This document shows positions 33,428 to 35,423 of a stretch of DNA of 35,423 bases, one piece after another (positions within the stretch are counted from its first letter, which is position 1; each line of letters opens with the position of its first letter). A model generated the notes under the pieces. It made no database searches. It was not told where the DNA came from and saw nothing but the letters and a program-made list of their open reading frames with translations. Both the position numbers and the translations under genes were made by a program. The DNA lies in IMG/VR virus record IMGVR_UViG_3300033076_001273, positions 1-35,423 of that record. One strand, 5' to 3'. Source of the stretch: a virus (taxonomy: Duplodnaviria > Caudoviricetes).

Positions 33428-35423
33428 ATGCCATACGTTTCACAAAACGACATCTTAGCATATATCGCATCAGTCGATAGTTTTACACAAGGTACAGATA
33501 AAACCTTTACTATAACGCTATTTAAAGATTTTATTAATAATCAATTAGATGCGTCCCAGATTGATTCAATAAGTGTCACTCTATATGATTCAATTCAATC
33601 AAAGAAATTCGAATATTCTAAACCTAGAGTTTTAGGAAGAACTGATGCTATTACTATTGGTAATTCTAGTAATAATACGCAAGGTCAAATTAGTTTTACA
33701 GTCAGTTCTACACAATCTGCAACTATTATGTCTGGAGCATTGTATGCTGAAATCACTATTGTCTATTCTAATTATTATCCAACTGGTAGAACTTACGTTT
33801 TGCCATACTTACAAATTGCAACTATTTTACAATCTAGCGGAGGTTCTCAAGGTGCACAAGGTGGTACAATGCCAATTGAAGATTCTCAATTACCTGCAAT
33901 AGTTTATAATGTTGGCGCAATTAATGGATCGAATCCAAATAGTGGTAAAATTATTTTTGATAATCCAAATCCAGAAGATGTAACTGCTATTAAATTTCAT
34001 AATTTAGATAGTAATGCAAAAAGAAATAGACTTTTAGAATCATATTTAGTTGATTTAGTTGATGCTTCTGGTGCTAATGTAGTTTTAACTTTAAATAATT
34101 ATTATTCACCAGAATCTTATGCATTGTATAAAGTTACAGGTTGGTCTAGAATAGATTTAGATGATGATGGAGATTTTAATAACGATTCGGATGGTATTGA
34201 ATTAAACGTTGAATTTTTAACAAAACCTACTAGTCCTATTCATACATACTTACCATGGGTTGTTGGTCAAACAATTACAATTGGCTTAGATGCTTATGGT
34301 TCTTCCGGAGGTTCTAAAGGTGCAACTGGTGCTCAAGGTGCTACTGGTGCTCAAGGCGAAATAGGTGCAACTGGTGCTAAAGGTCTTCAAGGAGATAAAG
34401 GAGAAACTGGATCTACAGGTGCTCAAGGTGCTAATGGAACAAATGGAGCTCAAGGTGCAACTGGATCTACGGGTGCTCAAGGTGCAACTGGATCTACAGG
34501 TGCTCAAGGTGCAACTGGATCTACAGGTGCTCAAGGTGCAACTGGTGCTCAGGGAATAGCAGGTGCTCAAGGTGCAACTGGATCTATAGGTGCTCAAGGT
34601 GCTAATGGAACAAATGGATCTGGAGAAGCAGGTATTAATGCGCCTTCAATAACATTCTACTACTATTTAGGTGGTTCTCCATGGAGTACACCAGGTAGAT
34701 TTAATGGTGGACCGGGTAATGGTGCTAATGGTTTAAATCATTTCTTATTAAGTAACGAAGCTGTTGATATAAATGGAAATAGCGTCGGTGATGTATCTTC
34801 TGTATTGAGCACGATCGTGTCAGGTACTAAAGTTATAATGAGAGATACTCAAAATACTGCCAACTATGCAATATATGAAATTAATGCAAATGCATATCAA
34901 GATACTTCATATACTTCATTCAATCCTATATCATTTATAAGTGGATCTGGAACTTTTGCAAATCAAAATGTTATTTGGAGTTTAGAATTTATAACTGGTA
35001 CACCAGGCCCAACAGGTGCTCAAGGTGCAGATGGTGCTCAAGGTGAAATTGGTGCAACTGGTGCTCAAGGTACAGAAGGTGCTCAAGGTGATACAGGTGC
35101 AACTGGTGCTCAAGGTGAAATTGGTGCAACTGGTGCTCAAGGTCTTCAAGGAGATAAAGGAGAAACTGGATCTACGGGTGCTCAAGGTGATGTAGGTGCT
35201 AAAGGTGAAATAGGTGCTCAAGGTCTTCAAGGAGACAAAGGAGAAACTGGATCTACAGGTGCTCAAGGTGCAACTGGATCTACAGGTGCTCAGGGTGATA
35301 TAGGTGCAACTGGTGCTCAAGGTCTTCAAGGAGACAAAGGAGAAACTGGATCTACAGGTGCTCAAGGTGCTAATGGTACAAATGGTGCTCAAGGTGCTAA
35401 TGGTACAAACGGTGCTCAAGGTG
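33428..35423 (+). CDS. large collagen-repeat structural/tail-fibre-like protein (runs off window end)
   Basis: Open frame from [12 protein letters not shown]; missing from ORF track because it has no stop; two Gly-X-Y tracts. Confidence 0.85.
   Translation, partial: MPYVSQNDILAYIASVDSFTQGTDKTFTITLFKDFINNQLDASQIDSISVTLYDSIQSKKFEYSKPRVLGRTDAITIGNSSNNTQGQISFTVSSTQSATIMSGALYAEITIVYSNYYPTGRTYVLPYLQIATILQSSGGSQGAQGGTMPIEDSQLPAIVYNVGAINGSNPNSGKIIFDNPNPEDVTAIKFHNLDSNAKRNRLLESYLVDLVDASGANVVLTLNNYYSPESYALYKVTGWSRIDLDDDGDFNNDSDGIELNVEFLTKPTSPIHTYLPWVVGQTITIGLDAYGSSGGSKGATGAQGATGAQGEIGATGAKGLQGDKGETGSTGAQGANGTNGAQGATGSTGAQGATGSTGAQGATGSTGAQGATGAQGIAGAQGATGSIGAQGANGTNGSGEAGINAPSITFYYYLGGSPWSTPGRFNGGPGNGANGLNHFLLSNEAVDINGNSVGDVSSVLSTIVSGTKVIMRDTQNTANYAIYEINANAYQDTSYTSFNPISFISGSGTFANQNVIWSLEFITGTPGPTGAQGADGAQGEIGATGAQGTEGAQGDTGATGAQGEIGATGAQGLQGDKGETGSTGAQGDVGAKGEIGAQGLQGDKGETGSTGAQGATGSTGAQGDIGATGAQGLQGDKGETGSTGAQGANGTNGAQGANGTNGAQG
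34310..34620 (+). repeat. collagen Gly-X-Y tract 1
   Basis: GAQGATGST units (GGTGCTCAAGGTGCAACTGGATCTACA, 27 nt). Confidence 0.9.
34997..35423 (+). repeat. collagen Gly-X-Y tract 2
   Basis: Repeated [15 protein letters not shown] and GANGTN units. Confidence 0.9.

Noticed and set aside
34286-35419. Minus-strand Ser/Thr/Cys-repeat ORFs and the alternative-frame ORF at 34365
   Set aside because: Shadow frames of the collagen repeats
34310-35423. CRISPR array or non-coding tandem repeat
   Set aside because: Repeats are in-frame Gly-X-Y codons with no unique spacers; no CRISPR array was seen anywhere in the window
1-35423. Bacterial chromosome or prophage origin, or an alternative genetic code
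   Set aside because: ClpCP, thioredoxin and Prs-like genes sit among phage-type genes; no integrase or transposase was seen; long ORFs are intact in code 11

Overview
This window looks like part of a large, AT-rich, T4-like/jumbo tailed phage genome. The host is probably Bacteroidota, judged from the lack of Shine-Dalgarno sites, A-rich leaders and TAnnTTT-like promoter elements. Six zones are visible. (1) 1-4738: an array of predicted capsid-internal proteins sharing an N-terminal MKHIKLFEEFxxE tag, including an ADP-ribosyltransferase-like protein and a flavoprotein fused to such a tag. (2) ~4750-11550: a divergently transcribed early-type island (RadA/Sms-like ATPase, HTH protein, DUF932-like protein, Zn-finger protein). 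It carries repeated promoters, a GTTCGTAAC box, two candidate small RNAs and a DnaA-box-like inverted repeat, and is bracketed by GC-rich, palindrome-dense non-coding blocks. (3) 11.6-21.7 kb: a counter-defence/repair region (SpeD-like decarboxylase, Prs-like plus NAMPT-like pair resembling NARP1, macrodomain, NADAR, tRNA-like RNA, Thg1, BCS1-like AAA, nucleoside deoxyribosyltransferase-like, two HAD phosphatases). (4) 21.75-27.07 kb: a self-contained operon resembling a DNA hypermodification pathway (DUF6378-like, SGNH-like, thioredoxin, two divergent 5-hmU-DNA-kinase/aGPT-Pplase1-like paralogs, PLP enzyme). (5) 27.1-33.4 kb: YkuK-like RNase H, ClpC-like ATPase, a T4 gp42-like dCMP hydroxymethylase, ClpP and hypotheticals. 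(6) 33.4 kb to the end: a collagen-repeat structural/fibre protein. The best candidate for a new system is thymine-hypermodification-type enzymes paired with a hydroxymethylase bearing the cytosine-specific Asp, which suggests an undescribed hypermodified cytosine. All family calls come from motifs read by eye; no database search was run.
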